A DNA stretch of 64,000 nucleotides. Origin: Thermovirgaceae bacterium (lineage in GTDB: Bacteria > Synergistota > Synergistia > Synergistales > Thermovirgaceae). The position numbers and the translations under genes are program-made. This document shows, one piece after another, positions 56,531-64,000 of the stretch; within the stretch, counting starts at the first letter, position 1; each line of letters starts with the position of its first letter. The DNA lies in contig JAXGNU010000001.1 of the NCBI GenBank assembly GCA_040767805.1, forward strand, positions 207,059 through 271,058, in the 5' to 3' direction. The notes beneath the pieces were generated by a model. The model searched no databases and had not been told where the DNA came from. It saw nothing but the letters and a program-made list of their open reading frames with translations.

Positions 56531-57205
56531 CTAACGGTCATAGGGTCCTTTTCGCCTTGAATGGAAGGCCCTGAGGTCGGCATAAAGGGTGTAACGGCTT
56601 TTGCCCATTTTGCGTGCCAGCAGCCGGACGGCGCCTTTCAGGTTGAAAAAACCGTACCCATCGAGCATTTCGATACATTGTGCCCTTTCGGAACGGTTCA
56701 GGAAATTCAGGGGCTTGCCAAGATCGTGGCGTACCTTTTCGAGGATCTCTTCAGCGGAAGTGTCGTTTACCCGTGAAAAACGTTCGAATTCAAGGCCGCG
56801 GAAGGACAGGGGCTGGAGTTCGGTCAGGAACCCTCCCAGGTCCTTGAGAACCTGCCCCCGCGCCATGTCGCAGTTGATGCAAAGGAAACCGACCAGTTTG
56901 CGGTCGCCGTCACGGATCAGGGCCACGCCCGAACGCAAGGATTTGCCCGTCTCCGTTTCAGAAGGGTAATTGGCCACGTGATCCACGGCCTCCGCCTCGG
57001 GGCTGGACATCAGGAAGTAGCCGAGATCGGTCATGCTGGAGTTTATATCCCTACCCGAGACCTCCCCGTTCTCGATGGCGACGATGAAAGGCTCCTCCCC
57101 GGAGACGTCATGGAGGACGATCTCGCAGTCCTTCCCCAGCATGGCCCCCAGGAGCTTTACCACCGGGACGAGCGGCCCAAGAAGGGGATTGCAACTCTTA
57201 AGCAT
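56531..57205 (-). CDS. YheO/DauR-like regulator (PAS domain plus C-terminal HTH)
   Basis: G..CEIVLHD, I.NG.VSGR, G.LCIN.D, G.F.LKGAV..LA......RYTLY. Confidence 0.9.
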   Translation of the reverse strand: MLKSCNPLLGPLVPVVKLLGAMLGKDCEIVLHDVSGEEPFIVAIENGEVSGRDINSSMTDLGYFLMSSPEAEAVDHVANYPSETETGKSLRSGVALIRDGDRKLVGFLCINCDMARGQVLKDLGGFLTELQPLSFRGLEFERFSRVNDTSAEEILEKVRHDLGKPLNFLNRSERAQCIEMLDGYGFFNLKGAVRLLARKMGKSRYTLYADLRAFHSRRKGPYDR

Positions 57206-57325
57206 TTCGCACCTCCTTTAAGTCACAGGAAAAACCATGACCCTCCGGACCTGGAAAGCTGAAGAGGTCACAGGAGCCCTTACGGGTAATAGATATTTTT
57301 TCCACTCTATTCAACAGGATTATAT

Positions 57326-57370
57326 AACATACAAAAATATGTTGACTGGCCCTTTCTTGATTGATAGACT
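57326..57370 (+). promoter_or_regulatory. sigma70 promoter of the cyclodeaminase/ABC operon with an overlapping dyad AACATA-N6-TATGTT
   Basis: TTGACT (57342-57347), 17-bp spacer, TAGACT (57365-57370); perfect 6-bp inverted repeat 57326-57343 overlaps the -35. Confidence 0.65.
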
Positions 57371-57419
57371 GAAACTAGCAATAGTAAAATAGAGCAAAGC
57401 GTCGGGGGAGGGGTATCGG

Positions 57420-58409
57420 GTGCGATTGATCACCAAGGAGGAAATGCGGCGGGTCTTTTCAATGACTGAAGCCATTGAGGCCATGAAGCAGGCTTTCAGG
57501 CTCTTTTCCGAGGGGAGGTCCGTCGTCCCGCTGAGGACGAATATCAACGTGGGCAAGTACGAAGGCCAGGCTCTTTTTATGCCCGCCTATGTAGAGGAGA
57601 CCCAGTCCCTGGGGCTGAAGATCGTTTCGGTCTTCCCCGGCAACCCCAAGCTTGGGAAGCCTGTCGTCCCCGCGACCATGGTCCACATGGACTCCCGGAC
57701 GGGGGAAGTGCTGGCCATCATGGACGGCACCTACCTCACCCAGGTCCGCACCGGAGCCGCGGCGGGCGCGGCCACGGACCTCCTGGCCAGGAAAGATGCC
57801 ACGGTGGGAGCGCTCATCGGCGCCGGCGGGCAATCCTTCGCCCAGCTGGAGGCGATGCTCACAGCGAGGAACCTGAAGGAAGTCAGGGTCTTCGATGCTG
57901 ACGAAGCCAGGGCCCGCGATGCCTCGAAGGCCATGGTAAAGGCCTGGGAGAAGGCCGGCATCAAGATCGTAACGTCTAGGTCCGGTGAAGAAGCCGTGGA
58001 CGGGGCCGATGTCATCACCACCGTCACCACCGCCAAGAACCCCGTTTTCCCCGCGGAAGCCGTGAAAAGAGGGGCCCACGTCAACGGCATCGGGTCTTAC
58101 CGGCCGGATATGCAGGAAATGCCCCCGGGTTTGTTCCTTAAGGCCCAAAAGGTGTTCGTCGAATCACGCGAAGCCGTCCTGGCCGAGTCGGGTGACCTTA
58201 TCAACCCCATCGAGAAGGGCCTTTTCACCGAAAGGATCATCACCGGCGAACTGGGCGAGCTCGTAGCCGGCAAGGTTGCAGGGCGAGAGAGCGACGGGGA
58301 TATAACCGTCTTCAAGACGGTGGGCATAGGCGTGCAGGATGTCGTCGCGGCGGGAGAAATATTCCGGAAAGCCGTTGAAAAGGGAGTGGGTACGGAGTTC
58401 GATCTCTGA
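57420..58409 (+). CDS. Ornithine cyclodeaminase/mu-crystallin family protein
   Basis: MPAY, G.K.VSVFP.N, LT..RTGA, IGAG.Q, GS....E, FKTVG...QD. Confidence 0.92.
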   Translation: MRLITKEEMRRVFSMTEAIEAMKQAFRLFSEGRSVVPLRTNINVGKYEGQALFMPAYVEETQSLGLKIVSVFPGNPKLGKPVVPATMVHMDSRTGEVLAIMDGTYLTQVRTGAAAGAATDLLARKDATVGALIGAGGQSFAQLEAMLTARNLKEVRVFDADEARARDASKAMVKAWEKAGIKIVTSRSGEEAVDGADVITTVTTAKNPVFPAEAVKRGAHVNGIGSYRPDMQEMPPGLFLKAQKVFVESREAVLAESGDLINPIEKGLFTERIITGELGELVAGKVAGRESDGDITVFKTVGIGVQDVVAAGEIFRKAVEKGVGTEFDL

Positions 58410-58556
58410 CCATTGAGAGGAGTGATAGGCGAGAAGGAGAGCCACGACCCCCTCGGCGCTTCTGTGGGAAAGGATGCTTTCAGGGTGATCCGCAGGGCCT
58501 TGGGCAAAAGAGAACCGATAGGAGATGACCCAGTTTCGGGGACGAAGGAGTGATAA

Positions 58557-59786
58557 TTGATGAAAAAGAAGGTTTTGGGAAGCCTTATCCTGGCTGTGTT
58601 CCTGGCCGCATTGATCTCCACTCCCATCCTTTCGGCCGAGAAAAAAGAGATCACGATAGGAGCCTTCATGCCCCTGACCGGAGATTTCGCCAGCTACGGG
58701 GCACGCGGCAGGGTTGCCATGGAAAAGGCTGAAGCGGACATAGCGAAATTCACCTCGGGGGCCAACCTCCCGATAACCATCAAATTCCTCTACGAGGACA
58801 CGGAAACGAAAGCCAACGTGACGTTGGAGAAGATCAAGGCGATGGCCGCGCAGGGAGTCAAGGTCGCGGTAGGCCTTCTCGACAGTTCCGATATTCGCCT
58901 GGCCATGGGCTACGCCAACGCCAACAAGATCGCCCTTATTTCCTCTTTTTCGACCGTGGCTGAACTGGGAGTAGCCGACGACTACGTTTTCAGGCCGATA
59001 CCCCATGACGACATGGAAGGGGTCGCCCTGGCCAAACTGGTGGAGACGATGGGTTTCACCCACGTAGCTCTTCTCGTGAGGAAGGACCCTTGCGACCTCT
59101 CTATCGCCAGCAGTTTTACCAAGGAGTTTGAGGCCGTCGGGGGGACGATCCTCGAGCGGGTGGATTTCGCCGGTGGGACCAAGGAGTTCTCCGGTGAACT
59201 TTCGTCGCTGGAGAGGGCCGTCGGCCCCGCTGTCGAGAAACACGGCGCCGACAAGGTAGCGGTCATCAGCCTTACCTGGGAGGACCTGGCCATTATCCTG
59301 AGCCAGGCCCAGGCAAGGAAAAGCCCCCTTCTCTCGCTCACCTGGACGGGCGGCGATGCTGTAGCGCAGAGCACCGTCATCCTTCGCGACGCCGGTGACG
59401 CGGCCGCGAAAGTATCCGTCATCGCCCCCATGTATTCCGCCCCTAAGTCGATCAAGCGTGAGGAGCTGCTCGATTACGCCCAGGAAAAGATAGGCGAAAC
59501 ACTGGATATCTACAGCCTAGTCGCCTATGATTGTGCCTGGCTGGCTGCACTTTCCGCCATATGCGCCCAGTCGGGTGACGGGACGGCCATCAAGGATGCC
59601 CTGCCTTACGTGGCCTCCAATTACTACGGGGCCAGCGGCTGGGCGGAGTTGGATGAACTGGGTGACAGGAAGGCCCTGAACGTAGAGTTTTTCGCCGTTA
59701 AAGAAGTGGAAGGGAAACACGCCTGGGTCAAGGTCTCTGAGTACGATGCTGCTACAGGGGGCCTCGCCGAGGCCTCTTCAAAGTAA
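58557..59786 (+). CDS. LIV-family ABC substrate-binding protein (system 3)
   Basis: Signal peptide, IG...PLTG, D..FR..P.D, YD, G.SG...LD..GDR. Confidence 0.88.
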   Translation: MMKKKVLGSLILAVFLAALISTPILSAEKKEITIGAFMPLTGDFASYGARGRVAMEKAEADIAKFTSGANLPITIKFLYEDTETKANVTLEKIKAMAAQGVKVAVGLLDSSDIRLAMGYANANKIALISSFSTVAELGVADDYVFRPIPHDDMEGVALAKLVETMGFTHVALLVRKDPCDLSIASSFTKEFEAVGGTILERVDFAGGTKEFSGELSSLERAVGPAVEKHGADKVAVISLTWEDLAIILSQAQARKSPLLSLTWTGGDAVAQSTVILRDAGDAAAKVSVIAPMYSAPKSIKREELLDYAQEKIGETLDIYSLVAYDCAWLAALSAICAQSGDGTAIKDALPYVASNYYGASGWAELDELGDRKALNVEFFAVKEVEGKHAWVKVSEYDAATGGLAEASSK

Positions 59787-59797
59787 CTGGATCCCCG

Positions 59798-59833
59798 CGG
59801 CCCTGTCCCGAACGCGGGGCAGGGCCGTTTTTT
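59798..59833 (+). terminator. Intrinsic terminator-like hairpin after the binding-protein gene
   Basis: CGGCCCTGTCCCG-AACG-CGGGGCAGGGCCG followed by T6. Confidence 0.8.
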
Positions 59834-59862
59834 GAATGCGATCCCCAGACGGAGGAATAACG

Positions 59863-60624
59863 ATGCACGGAGCAATGCTGGAAGTGCGCGACGTCAAAAA
59901 GAGTTTTGGCGGGCTCAAGGCGGTGGACGGCGTCAGTATATCCCTGCCGCGGGGGAGGATAACTCTCCTGATCGGGCCCAATGGCAGCGGCAAGACAACC
60001 CTTGTAAACAGTATCACGGGATTCCTCCGGCCCGATAGCGGGCGCGTCTACCTGGAAGACAAGGAGATCACCCATTGGCCCATGCACAGGATCTGCAAGG
60101 AGGGTATGGTGCGCTCTTTTCAGCTCCCGGCTCCCTTCGGGGGCTTGAGCGTGCTGGGCAACCTCCTTGTGGCCTGTGAGAGCGCCTGTGGCGAATCCCT
60201 TCTGAAATGCCCCCTAAAGGCACTCTGGAAAACAAAGGAGAAGGACAACGTCCGGGAGGCCTTTGCCATGGCCGAGGCCATGGAACTGACCCCCCACTGG
60301 GACGCCGTCATGTCGGAAACCTCCACCGGGCACATCAAACTCGCCGAGATCGGGCGGGCCCTCCTGGCCGGCGCAAAACTCGTCATCCTGGATGAACCCA
60401 TATGCGGCGTTGACCCGGTGATGGCGGACGAAGTTTTCTCCTTCCTGATCCGGCTCAGGGATGAGCAGGGCCTCACCTTCCTGGTCATCGAGCACAGGCT
60501 CGATATCGCCTTGAAATATGCCGACTACGTCTACGTGATGAACGAGGGAAAACTCATCGCCCAGGGTTCGGTGGAAGAGGTCCTGAACGACAGCCAGGTG
60601 AAAGAGGTGTACCTGGGGTCATGA
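59863..60624 (+). CDS. LIV-family ABC ATP-binding protein (LivG-like, system 3)
   Basis: FGGL.AVD, GPNGSGKTT, RSFQ, ILDEP, IEH. Confidence 0.9.
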   Translation: MHGAMLEVRDVKKSFGGLKAVDGVSISLPRGRITLLIGPNGSGKTTLVNSITGFLRPDSGRVYLEDKEITHWPMHRICKEGMVRSFQLPAPFGGLSVLGNLLVACESACGESLLKCPLKALWKTKEKDNVREAFAMAEAMELTPHWDAVMSETSTGHIKLAEIGRALLAGAKLVILDEPICGVDPVMADEVFSFLIRLRDEQGLTFLVIEHRLDIALKYADYVYVMNEGKLIAQGSVEEVLNDSQVKEVYLGS

Positions 60625-61337
60625 ACAGCGTACTGCATATCAAAAACCTTAACGCTGGCTACGGAGCCATCCATGTCCTTTTCGACATTAACCTCGATTG
60701 CGCCCGCGGGGAAGCCGTGGCCATCGTGGGCCCCAACGGGAGCGGCAAGACGACTTTACTCAACAGTATTTTCCGTCTTGCCGATATTTTTTCGGGAAGC
60801 GTGATCCTTGACGGTACTGAAATGCAACAGGAGAAGTCCCACAAGGTGACCGGCCGTGGTGTCGGTTACCTGAGGCAGGAAGGCAATGTCTTCCCAGGGC
60901 TTTCGGTGGAAGAGAATCTCAAGATGGGGGCCTTCAACCTCCCGAAGGGCGAAGTCGGGGAACGTATGGAAGAAGTACTCTCCCTGGTTAAGCCCGTCGT
61001 GCCTTTCCTCCGCAGAACGGCGGGGACCCTCAGCGGCGGGGAAAGGGAAATGGTCGCCCTTGCGGTAGCCCTCATGTGCAGGCCTAACCTGCTCTTGCTC
61101 GACGAGCCGACCAGCGGGCTGTCTCCCATCGCCTCGGCCCAGATAGCCGAACTGATCAAGAACCTGAAGGACAAGACCGGCTTGAGCATGTTGATCATAG
61201 AGCAGAACCTGAAGATCCTTTTTGACGTCGTCGACAAATGCTACCTGCTCGTCAGCGGGCGAATAATTTTTTCCGGCGGACCTGGAGAGCTCCAATGCGA
61301 CAAGGAGCTCATGAGAACCTATCTCGGGTTGGCCTGA
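60621..61337 (+). CDS. LIV-family ABC ATP-binding protein (LivF-like, system 3)
   Basis: GPNGSGKTT, LSGGE, LLLDEP, IEQN. Confidence 0.9.
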   Translation: MNSVLHIKNLNAGYGAIHVLFDINLDCARGEAVAIVGPNGSGKTTLLNSIFRLADIFSGSVILDGTEMQQEKSHKVTGRGVGYLRQEGNVFPGLSVEENLKMGAFNLPKGEVGERMEEVLSLVKPVVPFLRRTAGTLSGGEREMVALAVALMCRPNLLLLDEPTSGLSPIASAQIAELIKNLKDKTGLSMLIIEQNLKILFDVVDKCYLLVSGRIIFSGGPGELQCDKELMRTYLGLA

Positions 61338-61346
61338 CAAGGGGCG

Positions 61347-62252
61347 ATGACCTTGGCTTCATTTATTGATGCTTTGACCTACTCCGCTCTGCTCGGCCTG
61401 ATGGGTTTCGGCCTCACCCTCATACGGCGGACGACGGGAGTCTGGAACGTCGCCCATGGAGAGGTCGTCACCATAGGTTCCTACGTGGCCTTGACGGCCA
61501 CGTCCTTCCTGGCCCATAGCCCCTATTTTTACCTTCCCATGGCGTTCCTAGTCTGCGCCGGGGCAAGCGGGATCATATTCCTGGCGGGCGTCGAGCCCAT
61601 ACGAGCGAAGGGTGCTTCCTCGATACTCCTGCTGGTCGTCACCATCGCGATAAGCCTGATAATGATAGCGGTGATCAACATTTATGCCGACTACCTCCAG
61701 AACGTTTTCCACCTTTCCTCCAAGAATTTTCTCTTCGCCAGGCTCGATTTCACCCTTTGGGGGCAGATGGGGATCCTCTGGGCGGCGTGGGCCGCACTGG
61801 CCGCCCTGACCGTCAGTTATTACCTGGTGCTTCAGCATACCCGCCTGGGGCTGGCCTTGAGGGCGCTGGCGGAGCAGCCGACCCTCGCCGTGGTGATGGG
61901 CGCCAACGTAAAGTCCCTTTCCCTTCTCGCCTGGTGCCTGGCCGGCGGCGCCGCGGGCCTTGCCGGCTGCCTCTTCCCGATGAGGTTCCAGTGTCACCCC
62001 GGCGTGGGGACGAGCATGATAGCGACCATGTTCGCCGTCAGCATTTTCGGCGGCATCGAGAAAATGTACGGGCCGCTCCTGGCGGGCCTGGTCCTGGGTT
62101 TTGCCCAGATATACGGGATAGACCTTTTATCCTCCTGGGTCGGGCCCGGGGTGATACCTTTCAAGGACCTTATTCCGATGATCGTGCTCCTGCTCACCCT
62201 CCAGTTCCTGCCGGAGGGTTTGAGCGGCTTCGTCGGCAGGAGGAGAGGGTAA
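61347..62252 (+). CDS. LIV-family ABC permease (LivH-like, system 3)
   Basis: GLTL....GV.N.AHG, GG.....G, PEGL. Confidence 0.87.
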   Translation: MTLASFIDALTYSALLGLMGFGLTLIRRTTGVWNVAHGEVVTIGSYVALTATSFLAHSPYFYLPMAFLVCAGASGIIFLAGVEPIRAKGASSILLLVVTIAISLIMIAVINIYADYLQNVFHLSSKNFLFARLDFTLWGQMGILWAAWAALAALTVSYYLVLQHTRLGLALRALAEQPTLAVVMGANVKSLSLLAWCLAGGAAGLAGCLFPMRFQCHPGVGTSMIATMFAVSIFGGIEKMYGPLLAGLVLGFAQIYGIDLLSSWVGPGVIPFKDLIPMIVLLLTLQFLPEGLSGFVGRRRG

Positions 62253-62255
62253 ACC

Positions 62256-63314
62256 ATGAGCGAACAGTGGTTTCTTTTCTCCGTCGACCTCCTGGCCCTT
62301 TTCGGGATCTACCTCGCCCTCAACTTGAGCCTTAGGCTTCAACTGGGCTATACGGGTATCGCCAATTTCGGGCTGGTACTCGCCTTCACCGGTGGGGCCT
62401 ACGTCGGAGGGTGGCTCCCTATAAGGCTAGGCATGTGGCTGGTCGAGGTGGACCCGTCCCTCGCCGATGACATGATCTGGAACAATGTCATCATCGCCTC
62501 CCAGGTGGACCTTTCACTCCATGGCGCACCCGGGACCGCGATGACCATCCTGGCGATCACTCTCCTGGCGGCAGGCGCCGCGGGGGCGATCCTGGGCCTC
62601 CTGTCGGGTTACCCGGCGGTAAGGCTGGGCGGGGATTACCTGGCGATCTCCCTTCTCGCCTTCGGCGAGGTCCTCGCCATCATCGGCAACAACTACGACC
62701 CCGTCGTAGGCGGCCCCCTTGGGGTGAGGATCCCCGACGTTTGGGCCTGGGCGGGGGACTGGAGGTTCATGGCCGCGTCCCTGGCGAATTGCGTCTTGGC
62801 GCTCGGGGTGTGGCTGTACTTGGACTCCATCGAGAAATCCCCCATGGGGAGGATGCTGAGGGCGATCAGGGACAATCCCGACGCCGCCTCTTCGTTGGGT
62901 AAGAACGTGGCCAAGGTCCGCCTGAACGTCATGGTGACCGGCGGGATCATATGCGGACTGGCCGGGGCGATGTACACCCTTTACACGACAGGGGTGGCGC
63001 CGAGCGCCCTGAGCAGGTTCGACTGGACCTTTCTCCCCTGGGTTATGGTGGTCTTTGGCGGGAGCGGAAGCAACGTGGGGGTCTTGATCGGCACCTTCAC
63101 CTTCATCCTGGTCCAGAAGTTGATCATCTCCTACAAGTTCGCTCTCTCCTTCCTGCCCTTTGACCCTGTCTGGCTGCAATTTCTGCTGATGGGGCTCGTA
63201 TTGATCCTCGTGCTGAATTTCAGGCCTTCGGGCCTGGTCACGGAGAAGGCCAGTTACGCCTTGAGCCGCCGAGAGATGGAGATGGCGAAAGCCGCCGGCA
63301 AGGAAAGCCTTTGA
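62256..63314 (+). CDS. LIV-family ABC permease (LivM-like, system 3)
   Basis: GYTGI.NFG, RL.GDYLAI, SP.GR.LRAIRD, GG.GSN.G, RP.GL. Confidence 0.88.
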   Translation: MSEQWFLFSVDLLALFGIYLALNLSLRLQLGYTGIANFGLVLAFTGGAYVGGWLPIRLGMWLVEVDPSLADDMIWNNVIIASQVDLSLHGAPGTAMTILAITLLAAGAAGAILGLLSGYPAVRLGGDYLAISLLAFGEVLAIIGNNYDPVVGGPLGVRIPDVWAWAGDWRFMAASLANCVLALGVWLYLDSIEKSPMGRMLRAIRDNPDAASSLGKNVAKVRLNVMVTGGIICGLAGAMYTLYTTGVAPSALSRFDWTFLPWVMVVFGGSGSNVGVLIGTFTFILVQKLIISYKFALSFLPFDPVWLQFLLMGLVLILVLNFRPSGLVTEKASYALSRREMEMAKAAGKESL

Positions 63315-63529
63315 AGGCGCTTCCGGAAACGTGGGAAGGATCTGGAGGCCCACCCCGAGGCTAGGCCAGGGCGGCGGGACCAGGTGAAAGGTTATCAAAA
63401 TAGGCCGGGGAGGCTCCATAGCCTCCCCGGCCCTCGTAGAAACAGGGGAAAGAGGGCAACGCGCGAGGAAGAGTGGCATCGAAGGGTTCCCAACCTCTTC
63501 TTGTCGTCGGGGGTCAAAGTGCTCAAGAC

Positions 63530-63890
63530 CGGGTATTTTTCCGGACCCTTTTTTCAGTATCCCCATCACCAGGTGCAATCCGTAACCTATCAAGAAGTAG
63601 GTCGCCAGGGAAAGGTAGCCGCCTATCTCAAGTTCAAGGGCTGACCTTATCACTATCCACACCGAAATGAACAGCCCGATGATGAAGACCGTATCCCCAT
63701 CCGGAGCCCTGTAGGGGCGTTCCCACCCGGGGTGGATCTTGCGGAGTTTCATCGCGTCAAGGCAGCACATAAAATAGACTACCCTAGTCGTAATACGGAA
63801 TAGTGGATGAACATACTGGACCCAATCAGCCACGGCGAACAGGCAGAAAAACACCGAAAAGAAAAGGACCGTCAGGTTGGACACCCATGG
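63530..63890 (-). pseudogene. Remnant of the C-terminal part of an APC-family amino acid permease
   Basis: PWVS followed by hydrophobic helices and LRK..P.WERPYRAP; no N-terminal part or RBS visible upstream; the frame runs on without a natural stop into antisense of the livM-like gene. Boundaries approximate. Confidence 0.55.
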
Positions 63891-64000
63891 TTGGCAGAGA
63901 CGGGCGGGCCCGCCCATAATGGGCCGGGGCGCCCCTTACGCCCCCCGTCCTGGGCGTTCTGTTAATACAAACAACCCTGGGTAACTATGCTTTGTTTTCT

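Noticed and set aside
59863..60624. Degenerate ABC signature (TSTGH) as a sign of inactivation
   Set aside because: LivG-type subunits normally have non-canonical signatures (LPTGY and LSLGN in the other two systems). Walker A/B and the H-loop are intact.
62514..63917. 467-aa minus-strand ORF
   Set aside because: It is a chimera of the permease remnant and antisense read-through of the livM-like gene, not a credible protein.
1..64000. Many long overlapping antisense or alternative-frame ORFs; search for CRISPR arrays, tRNA/rRNA, IS elements, integrases and prophage genes
   Set aside because: Shadow ORFs are expected at high GC3 and lack motifs or RBS. No regularly spaced repeats, tRNA cloverleaves or transposase/integrase motifs were recognised by eye; short elements could have been missed.

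Overview
GC-rich bacterial chromosomal segment from what looks like an anaerobic amino-acid fermenter. A Synergistota-like origin is my inference from gene content and cannot be proven here. From left to right it holds: (1) the first 12 codons of a probable polA, divergent from gltX; (2) a complete 14-gene Mbh-type (group 4d, Mrp-linked) membrane-bound [NiFe]-hydrogenase operon, with an extra ferredoxin domain fused to the MbhN-like subunit and an asparaginase appended; (3) an unusual umuC-umuD pair in reversed order, whose UmuD-like protein lacks the Ser/Lys autocleavage dyad; (4) an IclR-linked cluster of two transporters, two M20 amidohydrolases and an N-acyl-D-amino-acid deacylase; (5) several PLP aminotransferases, msrB, and a cation/H+ antiporter with a frameshifted LysR; (6) three LIV-family ABC transporters with three different gene orders; (7) a ~175-nt intergenic structured RNA candidate (6S-like); (8) an SfsA-GIY-YIG fusion operon, nitrilase/isochorismatase/HD genes, a beta-lactamase-fold hydrolase, and a YheO/DauR-like regulator divergent from an ornithine-cyclodeaminase-family gene with a candidate operator. 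I saw no tRNA, rRNA, CRISPR array, transposase, integrase or prophage gene. All calls rest on motif recognition by eye; no database searches were run.
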